A stretch of DNA of 63,688 bases, counting the filler, from Octopus bimaculoides (Eukaryota), in the NCBI RefSeq assembly GCF_001194135.2. It is 6 parts of 6 records of this genome, joined end to end, with 100 filler letters (N's around TTAATTAATTAA, not from the genome) between each part and the next. Parts side by side here need not be neighbours in the genome. Positions count along the whole stretch, not along the records: positions 18,209 to 31,497 come from NC_068989.1; positions 31,598 to 45,228 come from NC_068986.1; 4 more parts are not named here. One strand, written 5' to 3'. The translations under genes were made by a program, and so were the position numbers. Position 1 is the first letter of the stretch; each line of letters opens with the position of its first letter. The notes below the pieces were generated by a model that saw only the letters and a program-made list of their open reading frames with translations, made no database searches and was not told the DNA's origin. Below, one piece after another: positions 22,991 through 35,487 of this stretch.

Positions 22991-24341
22991 GGCCGATCAT
23001 AACAATATATATATATATATATATGCATATACATATACCGATATATACACGTATACATACACTCACTCACAGACGCAGATACATACATTACACGCGCGCG
23101 CGCATGCATTCATTTATATTTTTATGTACATATATTCATTTCAATCATTTACTTATGGGGTGATATACATTTATCTTTAGAAACATCATTCACGCTAAAT
23201 TTAGAGATTCCGAATCAACGATATGCATATATTACTTCCAAAACGGTACCATTCGTATTCTCGAGGTATATTTTTCTTTCACTCATATATTTCTTTCAAT
23301 CAAACCCTCAATACACAAAGTCTTAGGTTTTCAGTGGAGATTTATGATACATTCACTCGGTTTTCAACGGGAAAACATTTGGAGCATTCCTTTCTTTTTT
23401 ATTGATGTCAACAAAATAAATGCCTTCTCTTCGAGTTTGCCACCTGTAATAAAGCGATGTGAAAGAAAAAATGGAGAAACAGTAAGTTATTAGTGACATA
23501 CAGCTTTCACAATAGTAACTGTTGAAACATCGTATATGATTAGCAAACTATACAGATCAGAAAATATAGCCATATTGATTGCATTGGAGAATTTTGTAGT
23601 AAAATGTGAATCCACAATACACTGAAAATGTTAGAACATTTGACCAATGAATAAAATATCGAATTGCACAGTAAAGTTAAGGAAAGATGGCGTATGAAAC
23701 GATGGAAAAATACATAAAAAATACATACAATGCAGGAAGAGATTAGCATAACCAACCAGCAAACAAATATACATACACGTCTAGGATAGAAATAATGAAA
23801 AATGGAGTAAGTAAGTTAACTTGTTGTTTGTACCACACCGCTTCTTGACAACTAGTGTTTGTGTGTTTATGACTTCGTAACTTACCGTTTCTGTAACAGA
23901 ATGCGATAGAAAAAGCATCATGCTTAAAAAATATATACTGGAATCATTTCATTCAACTAAACCCTTCAAGGTGTTCCAGCATGGCTGAAATAATTAAAAA
24001 CTGAAATGCCATTATGCATTCCGAAATTGTTTATTTGAGGTTATAATATAAATATAACCTCAATAGAATTTTTTAAAACAAAAAAAACATGTGGTTACTT
24101 ATTTTGGTAGGTCGAGCGAACTGATATGGTTGAAACTTGGAGTGCCTTAACAGTAAACATCATAGGCCAAAAAATGGTCTTTTAGAACCTAGTTCTTTGG
24201 AATCTTTAACACATAGCACATTCTTCAATGCTTAGCGACATGGTTGCCAACTGCAAAAAAAAGTAAAAAAAAAACAAAAAACAGCGCAGAAGCTTAAGTA
24301 GGTACGTAGTAACAACCCACTATTAATATTAGTACTACATG

Positions 24342-24765
24342 GAGCGGCGAGCTGGCAGAATCGTTAGTATGCCAGGCGAAATGCTTAGCGCTATTTCGTC
24401 TACCGTTACGTTCTGAATTCAAATTCCACCGAGGTCGAATATGCCTTTCATCATTTCGGGGTCGATTAAATAAGTACCAGTTACCCACTGGGGTCGATAT
24501 AATCGACTTAATCCGTTTGTCTGTCCTTGCTTGTCCCCTCTATGTTTATCCCCCTGTGGACAATAAAGAAATAAGAATCGTTAGTATGCCGGGCTAAATA
24601 CTTATCGTCTTTACGTTCTGAGTTCAAATTCCACCGAGTGTGAATTTCCGTTTTTATCTTTTCGGGATAGATAAAGTAAGTACCATTTGAGCACTGCGGT
24701 CAATGTAAACGGCTTACCCACCATTCCGAACTTGCTGGCCTTGAGCTAAAATTTCAAACAGGTAT
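24342..24765 (+). mobile_element. Two tandem family A SINEs
   Basis: Full copy at 24342-24575 ending GTGGACAATAAAGAAATAA, followed by a 5'-clipped copy. Confidence 0.85.
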
Positions 24766-24794
24766 TACTGCCATTTTAAACTAATATTGATGCT

Positions 24795-25110
24795 TAAGGA
24801 GCACTCCGTCGGTTGCGACGATGAGGGTCCCAGTTGATCTGATCAACGGAACAGCTTGCTCGTGAAATTAACGTGCAAGTGGCTGAGCACTCCACAGATA
24901 CGTGTACCCTTAACTTAGTTCTCAGAGAGATTCAGCATGACATAGAGTGTGACAAGGCTGGCCCTTTGAAAGACAGGTACTACTCATTTATGCTGAGTGG
25001 AATGGAGCAACGTGAAATAAAATGTCTTGCTCAAGGACACAATGTGTCGCCGGGAATTGAACTCACCACCTTGCGATCATGAGCCGAATGCCCTAACCAC
25101 TAAGCCAGGC
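24795..25110 (-). mobile_element. tRNA-derived SINE (family C)
   Basis: Minus strand has TGGCTTAGTGGTTAGGGC (A box), GAGTTCAATTCC (B box) and GTGTCCTTGAGCAAGACA. Confidence 0.8.
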
Positions 25111-25129
25111 GCTTTTACGCTGTTATATA

Positions 25130-25340
25130 AAGCGGCAAGCTGTCAGAATTGTTAGCACGCCGGGCAAAATGCTTAGTGGTATTTCGACTGTCTTTATGTT
25201 CTGAGTTCAAATTCCACCGTAGTCGACTTTTCCTTTTTATCCTTTCGGTCGATAAAATAAGTGCCAGTTGAGTGAAAGTAACCGATTTAGCTGCCCCGCT
25301 GGAACTGCTGGCCTTGAGCCGAAATTTGAAATCAATTTAA
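25130..25340 (+). mobile_element. Family A SINE, variant tail
   Basis: Family head and body; the tail GCTGGCCTTGAGCC is shared with 24730. Confidence 0.8.
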
Positions 25341-25479
25341 CCGCTACATATTGGGATCAAATTTTGGCCCAAAGCCAGGAGGTTCGCGAGGTGGGGTGGT
25401 GGGAATCGATTACAGTGACCCGTTACATCGACCGACGAAAGGATGAAAGAGAAAGTCAACCATGACAGAATTTAAACTT

Positions 25480-25719
25480 TAAACAAGGCTGCGAGCTGGC
25501 AGAAACGTTAACACGCCGGGCGAAATGCTTAGCGGTATTTTGTCTGCCGCTACGTTCTGAGTTCAAATTCCGCCGAGGTCGACTTTGCCTTTCATCCTTT
25601 CGGGGTCGATTAAATAAGTACCAGTTACTCACTGGGGTCGATATAAGCGACTTAATCCGTTTGTATGTCCTTGTTTGTCCCCTCTGTGTGTGGCCCTTTG
25701 TGGGCAGTAAAGAAATAAT
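25480..25719 (+). mobile_element. Younger family A SINE nested in an antiparallel older family A SINE
   Basis: 11-bp TSD AATTTAAACTT at 25469-25479 and 25720-25730. Host halves at about 25400-25479 and 25730-25805. Confidence 0.85.
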
Positions 25720-26204
25720 AATTTAAACTTAGTACGTAAAGACGGACGAAATTCTTCTGCTAAGCATTTTGTCCGTTGTGCTAGCGATTCTGCCAGCCGC
25801 CTTACTGCTGCTATATATTACATTAAGATTTCGATAACAATCTGTCTAGAAATTTCCTTTTCTGTTAGTTAACGGTTGATTAAATTCTAAAACCGAACCC
25901 TTAAACTAATTTGCGTGTACGCTTGGATTTCTAAAGTTACTAGCGCTCATTAATACTATCTATTGTATTATATGTCACGATAGCTTTGCGCTGAAAAGAG
26001 TTTTCGGAAGACAAGCGATTAAGAACTAATTGGTGAAGACTAAACTCTCCAAGCTAGACGTCATAAAAGTTGTGGCCATTCATCACTCGTTTCATATGAG
26101 CATGTATGTATGTACGTGCGTACGTAAATGTATGTGTGCGTCAGTTGATGCACACACACACACACACACACATAAGTACACGAAGAGAAAGAAATGTTTC
26201 CTTC

Positions 26205-26415
26205 TCGAGCCATGCCAGGCACATAAGGGCCAGTTTCCAGGTTTCAGTGGCATATAAATTCCCCACATGGACGGGACTCCGATCCGTCGCAGGATTACTC
26301 ATTTTTGCCAGCAGAGTAGAGTAACGTGAAATGAAGTGTTTTGCTCAAGAACACAACGCATCGCCCGGTCCAGGAATTGAAACTACTATCTTACGACCAC
26401 TAAGCCACTCGCCTC
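26205..26415 (-). mobile_element. Family C-related SINE
   Basis: GCGTTGTGTTCTTGAGCAAAACACTTCATTTCACGTT is shared with 35960-36150 (+). Confidence 0.75.
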
Positions 26416-26436
26416 CACATAACTATCTGTACATGT

Positions 26437-26467
<31 letters not shown>

Positions 26468-26473
26468 CACAAG

Positions 26474-26505
<32 letters not shown>

Positions 26506-26619
26506 CACACACACACATATGTATAAAAATTATATATATGTATATGTATGTATATATCTATCTATATATATCTATATATATGTACATATAAATATATGTG
26601 TATATATATTTACATACGT

Positions 26620-26669
<50 letters not shown>

Positions 26670-26741
26670 TACATGCATATACTTACATATATGTATACAT
26701 ATATGCGTACATATTATTATTAAGGCGGCGAGCTGGCAGTA

Positions 26742-27285
26742 TCGAGTGAGAGAATAGTGCATGCCATCAAAGTGACACTGGGGCAAAATATACTTAGCCC
26801 AATATAACCACCAAGATTACCCGTATGATAAGGTTACACCAGGCATTGCATCACGTGCGCGACATGGTGATCTCATATCAAGATAAACAGCGCATAAACT
26901 TTCAGGTGGGGCCCAGTTAGAATTTTCTTCAGTTCTTAAGCAACTCAAAAGGTTCCTGAATAAGGGTTGTTTAAGGATGTTGTATGAAACACACATGCTT
27001 CCAGAAGTGTATAATTCAAACCCCAAAGAATTCCTCTCAGCACATGGCTAAGATGTATCTAAACTACTTCTGCTTGTGACCAGAGATGCACATATCGCCA
27101 ACCACGAGGGGACATGCTCAACTGGTTAAGGTCAAGCAACTGACAAGCAAATCAGTGGTACTGAGCAGAAGATTTGCTGTAGCCCATGTTTTATACCAAG
27201 ACAAAACAATGTACATGATAACACTTCCAATCAGTTAAGATCAGAAGCCATGAGAGCCAATGCCTGGTACTACATCCTCGTGTAT
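26742..27285 (-). mobile_element. Non-LTR retrotransposon 3' UTR-like repeat
   Basis: Non-coding, GC-balanced block ending ...GCATGCACTATTCTCTCACTC on the minus strand and abutting (TTC)n/(TAT)n upstream. The family was recognised from memory only. Confidence 0.5.
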
Positions 27286-27304
27286 TCTTCTTCTTCTTCT
27301 TCTT

Positions 27305-27400
<96 letters not shown>

Positions 27401-28016
27401 GTTGTTTCCATTTTGAACCAGTACATTGTACTTTGATTCTTGTTTCTTTTAGCTTCACAGTAATTACTCTAACGAGACAGCTATGATGTGGCAATGATCA
27501 TTCCATTTAAAAATTTGTACCGATAAAATATTTGTGATAAATTATTGGCAATTCCTTGGGCTGTTACCTTCAGACATTCATATTTAGAATTTTATTTGGT
27601 AGATTTTCGACTTTTGCTTTCTTTGTATTATGGCTGATTGACTGTCCTATAATTATAAAGTTCTTATAATTACAGAGAAAATTCTTAAATCCATATTCCA
27701 TAACTTCTACATCTTTTTACTTTCAGTTCTTTGAGTTTGGAAACTGATTCATCTTTTTCTTTATGTTTAACATTTTGTGTGAGGTACCAGCCGCATCAAT
27801 AACTGTTCAATCTGATTGAATATATTGTTTCTCGAGTGACTTATTTTTTTAAATTCTAGACAAATTTTTCACTTGTCAAAATCTCACTCTCGTGTACACT
27901 TGCAACTTTTACGTAATATACACACACCTATATACATACATATATACATACATATATACATACATACATATATACAGGCATACATATATTTATACATACT
28001 TAAGTACATACATGCT

Positions 28017-28057
<41 letters not shown>

Positions 28058-28774
28058 ACACACACAAATGCACATACACACTGACGCACATGTATGCCAT
28101 TGTTCAGTTTTATTTCGAGATTTATACCCAATAGAGAAAGAGCCGGTTTCTAACCAAGATCCAAGGCTCTTTCATTGGAATTTCAACATCAGCAGAGTAT
28201 TTTGTATGTATGTATGTATGTATGTATGTATGTCATTATTAAGTTTTAATTCAAGATCTAACCTAGATACATGGCTCCGTCTCTGAAATATTAACATCAG
28301 CACGTATTTTTGTGTGTATGTATGTATGTACGTATGTACACATGCAGATTAGTATGCTTTGCTTTATGTATGTTTTCTCATGCATATACTTGCATATCTA
28401 GAAATGCTCATATATACTTAAATGATAAACTTCTAGAAAGTTTTACAGATTTTTATAGTTCCTGTGATGGATTGAATCTGTAATCTTCTAATCATCTTCC
28501 TACTTTCAGGTTTTGAAAGACTTCATTTCTCAAGCTTGGTATTTAGGCAGTGTGTTACATATCCCAGGTTCTCAATAATTACAGGTATAAAACTGAACTG
28601 GATAGTGTAACTTCAGATTTCTCAATAGTTCAGTGTAGGTATTCTCGTTTACTCTGATCTTCAGCTTTATGATAACATCCGCTGGGCAGGTGATGTATGC
28701 ATGCATGTATGAACGAATGTATGTATGTATGTATGTATGTATGTATGTATGTATGTATGTATGTATGTATGTGA

Positions 28775-28809
<35 letters not shown>

Positions 28810-29479
28810 NNNNNNNNNNNNNNNNNNNNNNNNNNNNNNNNNNNNNNNNNNNNNNNNNNNNNNNNNNNNNNNNNNNNNNNNNNNNNNNNNNNNNNNNNNN
28901 NNNNNNNNNNNNNNNNNNNNNNNNNNNNNNNNNNNNNNNNNNNNNNNNNNNNNNNNNNNNNNNNNNNNNNNNNNNNNNNNNNNNNNNNNNNNNNNNNNNN
29001 NNNNNNNNNNNNNNNNNNNNNNNNNNNNNNNNNNNNNNNNNNNNNNNNNNNNNNNNNNNNNNNNNNNNNNNNNNNNNNNNNNNNNNNNNNNNNNNNNNNN
29101 NNNNNNNNNNNNNNNNNNNNNNNNNNNNNNNNNNNNNNNNNNNNNNNNNNNNNNNNNNNNNNNNNNNNNNNNNNNNNNNNNNNNNNNNNNNNNNNNNNNN
29201 NNNNNNNNNNNNNNNNNNNNNNNNNNNNNNNNNNNNNNNNNNNNNNNNNNNNNNNNNNNNNNNNNNNNNNNNNNNNNNNNNNNNNNNNNNNNNNNNNNNN
29301 NNNNNNNNNNNNNNNNNNNNNNNNNNNNNNNNNNNNNNNNNNNNNNNNNNNNNNNNNNNNNNNNNNNNNNNNNNNNNNNNNNNNNNNNNNNNNNNNNNNN
29401 NNNNNNNNNNNNNNNNNNNNNNNNNNNNNNNNNNNNNNNNNNNNNNNNNNNNNNNNNNNNNNNNNNNNNNNNNNNNNNG

Positions 29480-30361
29480 AAAGTTCCACTATGGAGTTCT
29501 ATAGGGGATTAGGGGAGAGAAAGAGCGACGACGTGTTCGGGAAAATTCTGGGCGTGGGAGATAACAATTAACTGGTCTTTTCCGGAGGACTTTTGGACCG
29601 GGGCTTATGGATAATTTCCAGAAATCCTTGGCCTAGCAGTGATACCATGGAGCTCTGCCGATTCGTGACAAGCTCTACAGACAGAAGTGCTGTCAGATGG
29701 ACCTGTCGGAGGTGTGTGCAGGGCGATGAAGCCGTCCTGCATGCACTCGTCCAGTGTCCGTACATTACTGAAAGTAGGAGCTTTGTCGAGCAGTTGTTGC
29801 TAGCGTGTAGGACGGATCTGGTTATCAAACAAGTCCATCGTGAAGATCGCTCTGCCGCTTCCCTCTGGCCGGGAAGGAGAAGCAGTTTTCCTCAGTTTGG
29901 GGGCTATGGTGAAGGAGGTAATGTAGTGGGCGAGATTGAAAGGACTGAAGACAGATACTTTCCTCTTCGGCCAAGCCTTCATCGACTTTTTCAAGTTCCA
30001 CCTGAAAAGGACAGTGAAAGTAAAGAGAGAAGGTTTGCCCCTCAGTACATTTGTTGATAAGTGGGTGCATATGGCGAGGATGGCCCGTGTGAATGGGCCT
30101 ACCCTGAACTTTAGTTTGTAAACCGGAGGAGTTGAGAAGGAGGGGGAGGCGCATCTGGCGGTTCATTGGTTTTATGGGATTGCTCTGTTGTCCCTGTGAG
30201 GAACTTTACCCTTTTGGGGAATTATTATTATTGTTTAATTATTTTGCTAATTGTTTTTGTTATTTATTGTGTACACGGTATTGTTCAACATCCCACTTAT
30301 CCCTTGTATTGTATCGTCCCTATTTGTTTTGTGGTCGGTCTCTGTGGACAATAAAGAAACG

Positions 30362-30414
<53 letters not shown>

Positions 30415-30420
30415 CATTAT
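29480..30420 (+). mobile_element. L1/Tx1-clade LINE 3' end
   Basis: The C-terminal zinc finger CRRCVQGDEAVLHALVQCP is followed by a UTR, GTGGACAATAAAGAAA and a (TAT)n tail. Confidence 0.85.
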
Positions 30421-30450
30421 CATTNNNNNNNNNNTTTGTTGTTGTTGTTG

Positions 30451-30503
<53 letters not shown>

Positions 30504-30678
30504 GCTATAAAAACTGCAAAGATTTAAAGCTTTTTTCTAATAAGATGTCGCATTGTTAGGTGCTGGAAAAGTTCCATTAACGTTCTTCCTTAAATTATTT
30601 ATAATGAGAGGCAGGTGATTCGAAGCCTTTCCTCTGAACTGGAATTTATGTATGTATGTATGTATGTATGTATGTATG

Positions 30679-30723
<45 letters not shown>

Positions 30724-30728
30724 CTCTT

Positions 30729-30788
<60 letters not shown>

Positions 30789-30871
30789 GCTGTCTGTCTG
30801 TCTGTCTCTCTCTCTCTATCTATCTATCTTTCTATCTATCTGTATAGACACTGAATTGACTCAGAAAGACT

Positions 30872-30955
30872 ATAAAATACATCCACTGTATTGAAGAGTC
30901 TGCATTTAAGAGTTCAATTATTAACACGTTGTTAAGCTCCAATGCATTATTACAA
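30872..30955 (+). pseudogene. Decayed LRR-coding fragment
   Basis: Open frame IKYIHCIEESAFKSSIINTLLSSNALLQ. Confidence 0.55.
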
Positions 30956-32039
30956 TGTAATATCTGTTGAATATATTTGCATATATATATTTATATTTAT
31001 GTATGTTGTATGTATGTATGTATACGCACCCCATAGACATGTGTTTGTGTGTGTGTGTGTGTGTTTGCGCGCGTGTGTGTGTGTGTGTATACACTGAATC
31101 GCCTAAAATTATAGTTGAGAGCTACCTGTTTTGTATGGTAAAAACTACAAAAACGTTAATTTATCACATGATCCCTAATTGAATTGTCTTCTACAGCTGT
31201 TGCCATAATTTATTTAATAACATAATTAACATTCATAACTAATTAGTTTTAATGCGATGGACTACCTCTTTCTGAGGAAATACAGAGGAAAAGATGCGTA
31301 TGTGTGTGCGCCTAAGTGTGTGTGTGTGTGTGTGTGCATGTATATGTATATATATATGTGTGTGTGTGTATGTGTGTGTGTATGTGTGTGTGTGTGTGTG
31401 TGTATAAATACATATATACAAATATATAAATATAATACGCCCAATCTATAAAGGAGGAAGCAAGAGCAGATGCTAAAAACTATAGGCCTATCTCTCTNNN
31501 NNNNNNNNNNNNNNNNNNNNNNNNNNNNNNNNNNNNNNNNNTTAATTAATTAANNNNNNNNNNNNNNNNNNNNNNNNNNNNNNNNNNNNNNNNNNNNATA
31601 TATATATATATATATATCCATGTTTGTGTGTGTGTGTGTGTGTGTGTGTGCGTACATATATTCATATTTGAATGGGTCTGCATGTACGCAGATATATGTG
31701 TGTGAGTGTATGTGTGTGCATATGTGCACATGTGTTTTCTTTCGATGTAAATGCCAGTCTGTCTACGTTGCCTGGAGACTTTATTAAGTGAACAGCAACT
31801 AATCTTGATATCTAGATTACTTTATCTTTTTATATTTCTCACGTTCTTTCTTTCATTGTGCTTCTATATTCTTTAACCTTTCTTTTCCTTTCTTTCTTTT
31901 TTTTCAGTTTTTATTCGTTTCTTTCTTTTTATTTATTTATCTATTTGTTTATTACTTTGTTGATTTAGTTCACTCTTTCTTCTTGTCTATTTCGTTCCCC
32001 TAATACCTTTCATACTTCATATACACCCCATCGTCGGCA

Positions 32040-32269
32040 ACACAAATTAAAAAAAGTATAACTTTGAAATACTAAAATAAACAACAAAAACCAGCAGCAG
32101 CAGCAGCAGCAGTAGCAAAAGCAACAACAACAATAACGCAGAAACAACAACAGTATAGGAATATGAACATGAAGGAATAGTAGGAGTAGATCTGTTGCTA
32201 TTAATAGAACATAATTGATCAGCAAAGGGAACACTAAACTGCCGGATAACAGCAAACTAGAGGGAGAGA

Positions 32270-32336
<67 letters not shown>

Positions 32337-32502
32337 TGTGAGATCGATTAGCGTTTGAAACTGGAAAGCAAATGAAGTGTGGGGTAGGATATTGATTGGA
32401 TCACGCCCACTCAGTTACAAACACACACACACAGGCACACTCTTGCACATAAAGATTATATCTATTTATACATCTGTGTGTTGTGTTAGTGTGCGTGCAT
32501 GC
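32040..32502 (+). repeat. Segment with an inverted, rearranged copy at 33235-33484 and 35535-35742
   Basis: Reverse-complement matches such as TTAGCGTTTGAAACTGGAAAGCAAATGAAGTGTG and CATAAAGATTATATCTATTTATACAT. Confidence 0.8.
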
Positions 32503-32875
32503 GCGCACACAACATATTCACAAAACACGTATACACACAAATACAGACCCAGCAATGTTACATGCATACATATACGTACAAATACGCACATGAAGACCGA
32601 AACTCATCAACCTGTGCGCATCTACACACATACATGCGCGCACATTGACTCTNNNNNNNNNNNNNNNNNNNNNNNNNNNNNNNNNNNNNNNNNNNNNNNN
32701 NNNNNNNNNNNNNNNNNNNNNNNNNNNNNNNNNNNNNNNNNNNNNNNNNNNNNNNNNNNNNNNNNNNNNNNNNNNNNNNNNNNNNNNNNNNNNNNNNNNN
32801 NNNNNNNNNNNNNNNNNNNNNNNNNNNNNNNNNNNNNNNNNNNNNNNNNNNNNNNNNNNNNNNNNNNNNNNNNNN

Positions 32876-32916
<41 letters not shown>

Positions 32917-33315
32917 GCACACACACACGTACATACAATCACTCGGGAATATCTATAACACCCCCAGACATGCACGCATGCGAGCACATATTAGATATTC
33001 GCATTCGTCAATTAGCACGTTCATAAGCACGCAAAACTGCAGGAATCTTTAAATGGGTGTTCGACTTGCAAAAAATTGTAGCCAAATTTCCATAAAATCA
33101 CATCCTACCCAATGAAATGCGAACATATTGCATGATGTAATCCTACTTACAGCATATCTAAAACAAAATACTGAATGACTTCGACCGAAGACCTGTAATT
33201 ATAGATCAACTAGTTCGGGAATAACCTGCGATAACACACTTCATTTGCTTTCCAGTTTCAAATGCTAATCTCTCTCTCTCTCTCTCTCGCTCTCGCTCTC
33301 TCTCTCTCTCTCTCG

Positions 33316-33354
<39 letters not shown>

Positions 33355-33804
33355 TCTCTCCCCCCCTCTCTCTCTCTCCCCTTCTCTCTCTCTCTAGTTT
33401 GCTGTTTAGTGTTCACTTTGCTGTTCAACTATGTTCTTATATTTTCATATTCCTATACATTTTATTATTGTCTCTGCGTTATTATTACCTCCGCCTTAGC
33501 GAAGGCGGAGGTATTGTATTCAGCCGTGTTTGTTTGTTTCTCCGCGGTCAAGGTATCTCAAGGACCGCTGGATGGATTCGGGTGAAACTTTCAGGGATGT
33601 TTGGCCTCGTGACTGGCATGAACTGCTTAGATTTTGATATCGATTCGATACTGGACAAGGATTCTAGATTATTATTTTTTTATTTTTATTCTTAATTTTT
33701 GAGAGCAGTCGGGTTCATTTTTAGTATTCTCGTTTTCGAGAGCAATCGAGTTTATTTCAGATATTCTCATTTTAAAAATCTTCTCTGGCTAATCTTTGAG
33801 AGGA

Positions 33805-35487
33805 TGCCGGCGCCGCCTCAGATTGTTAGTAAGTTGTTCTACTGGTATTTTTCATAGTGTTAAGACGTGTAATTTCTGTGCTGAAATTTTTGTGTTTGAA
33901 GACTTTTGTGAACTGTTTTTGCTGCTTTGTGGCTGCTTGTTTGTGCTTTTCCTCCTCTTATGAGGAGAGTTATCCCAAAGAGAAAAAGTTTAAAAAATGT
34001 TTTATTCAGACCTCAACGGTTCTGAGTTGTCTTCTTCCGAAGACGAATTGTTGTAGGCTATTGGGAAAATGGACGAGAAAATGAAGGAAGACAGAAAGTT
34101 TGCAGACGTGGCAAGATGCCAAGATGATGAAGTAGATATGGAGAAAATTGCTAGCTATTTTGATGAGTAAGGATGGTTCTGATATGGAATTGTCACCTTC
34201 CCTCCGCAAGAAACATTGAAAGACTTGAGAGAGAACGATTACGTACAAGGCTTTTTCGATAAAAGCAGGCAAAATTGATATTGTAAATACAGGGCAAATT
34301 GAAAAAGCACTGAGGCCAATTTGGCAAGACATTGTATACATTGCAAGCGGATCAAACTTCGGAATAGTAGAAGCAAGGTTCAAAAACAAGAAAATTGCTA
34401 AGAAGTATGCAGCAAGGACTATCAGGGATGAAGAATCAGTGCTTTTACCCACTTACATGGGACGTCGTGGGTCAAGAGTCAGAGTTGAAGGAATTCCACC
34501 AGAGATAGATGTGGCCTGGATAGTGGCCGCTGTCCTCTTGGAAAAAGAGGACCGCATAACGGTTCTCCAGGCCACAAAAACGAATAGCGAAATGTGGAGA
34601 GAACAAACGCTTGAGATGACAATCCAAGCCTCAGTAGATGTCCTGGAAAATAGGATAAAGACCGTCACACTGGACGAAGTAGTAATGAGAGTGGGTGTGG
34701 AGAGAAGAGCCCCTCGATGTTTTAAATGTGGCCTAGGGGGTCGCATCAGAGCGGATTGCCCTTCACCGATCAGAGTGATGGAGGAGGCTCAGAAGGGGGA
34801 ACCGCGGGAGAAGCGAGTGAATAAGGAAGAAAAAATACTGACAGAAGAAAAGGACAATGAATGGGAAACCATCGATAAAAAAAGCAAAAGAAAAAGAAAA
34901 AAGTAAGCCCCGTAACCACCCCACACCCATCCACACTCTCCCATACAGGTACCAAACTTTCCCACCCACCTCACACAGAAAAAGAAAAACATACATACAG
35001 ACAAAAACGCCCTAACTCCCTCCTCTCAGACAAAAAAAGAAAAAATGCTCAGTTGACATGTATGATGACGCTAATAATGGATTGTATAATGCAATATTAT
35101 CTTGGGAAGATTGCTTTGCAGTGGAAACAACGGGATTCGATAACATTAAGGGTTGGCATGCCTATATGTTACTTTCAGAAGAACAAAAAAAGAAAGTATT
35201 AAAATATAAAGGTGGATATAGGATGTGGGAAGTGGAACTAGATAGAAATGTATTGCCAGGCTTCGTGATTTATAATGAATTGTTGAAAGAATATAGGATA
35301 GATATTTTGGAGAGAACAGGATACAAAAGGTAGAAGTGAAGTTGCTCGGAGGTGCATTTTTTCCATTTTCATTTGTCATTTCATGTTTCTCATACGTTGT
35401 CCTATTTTTTTTTTTTACTTGTTTTGTGTCCCCACATGTAATGTATTGTCCCCTCTGTGTTCGCCCCTTGTGGGCAATAAAAAGATT
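33805..35487 (+). mobile_element. ORF1-only (HAL1-like) L1/Tx1 derivative
   Basis: Frameshifted ORF1 from about 34060 to 34906 with zinc knuckle CFKCGLGGRIRADC. No endonuclease or RT. L1/Tx1-like 3' tail, possible AGGA TSD. Confidence 0.7.
34439..34906 (+). CDS. LINE ORF1/Gag-like nucleic-acid-binding protein fragment
   Basis: CCHC-type knuckle with His replaced by Arg, followed by a basic tail. Confidence 0.65.
   Translation: MLLPTYMGRRGSRVRVEGIPPEIDVAWIVAAVLLEKEDRITVLQATKTNSEMWREQTLEMTIQASVDVLENRIKTVTLDEVVMRVGVERRAPRCFKCGLGGRIRADCPSPIRVMEEAQKGEPREKRVNKEEKILTEEKDNEWETIDKKSKRKRKK

Noticed and set aside
24030-24070. LRR-like YLRL*Y..NITSIE
   Set aside because: It overlaps a short perfect hairpin (TTGAGGTTATA/TATAACCTCAA) and reads LRR-like in two frames, so it was not counted as evidence.
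25485-25575. tRNA-like A and B boxes
   Set aside because: These are SINE heads followed by SINE bodies and do not complete a cloverleaf; no tRNA gene called.
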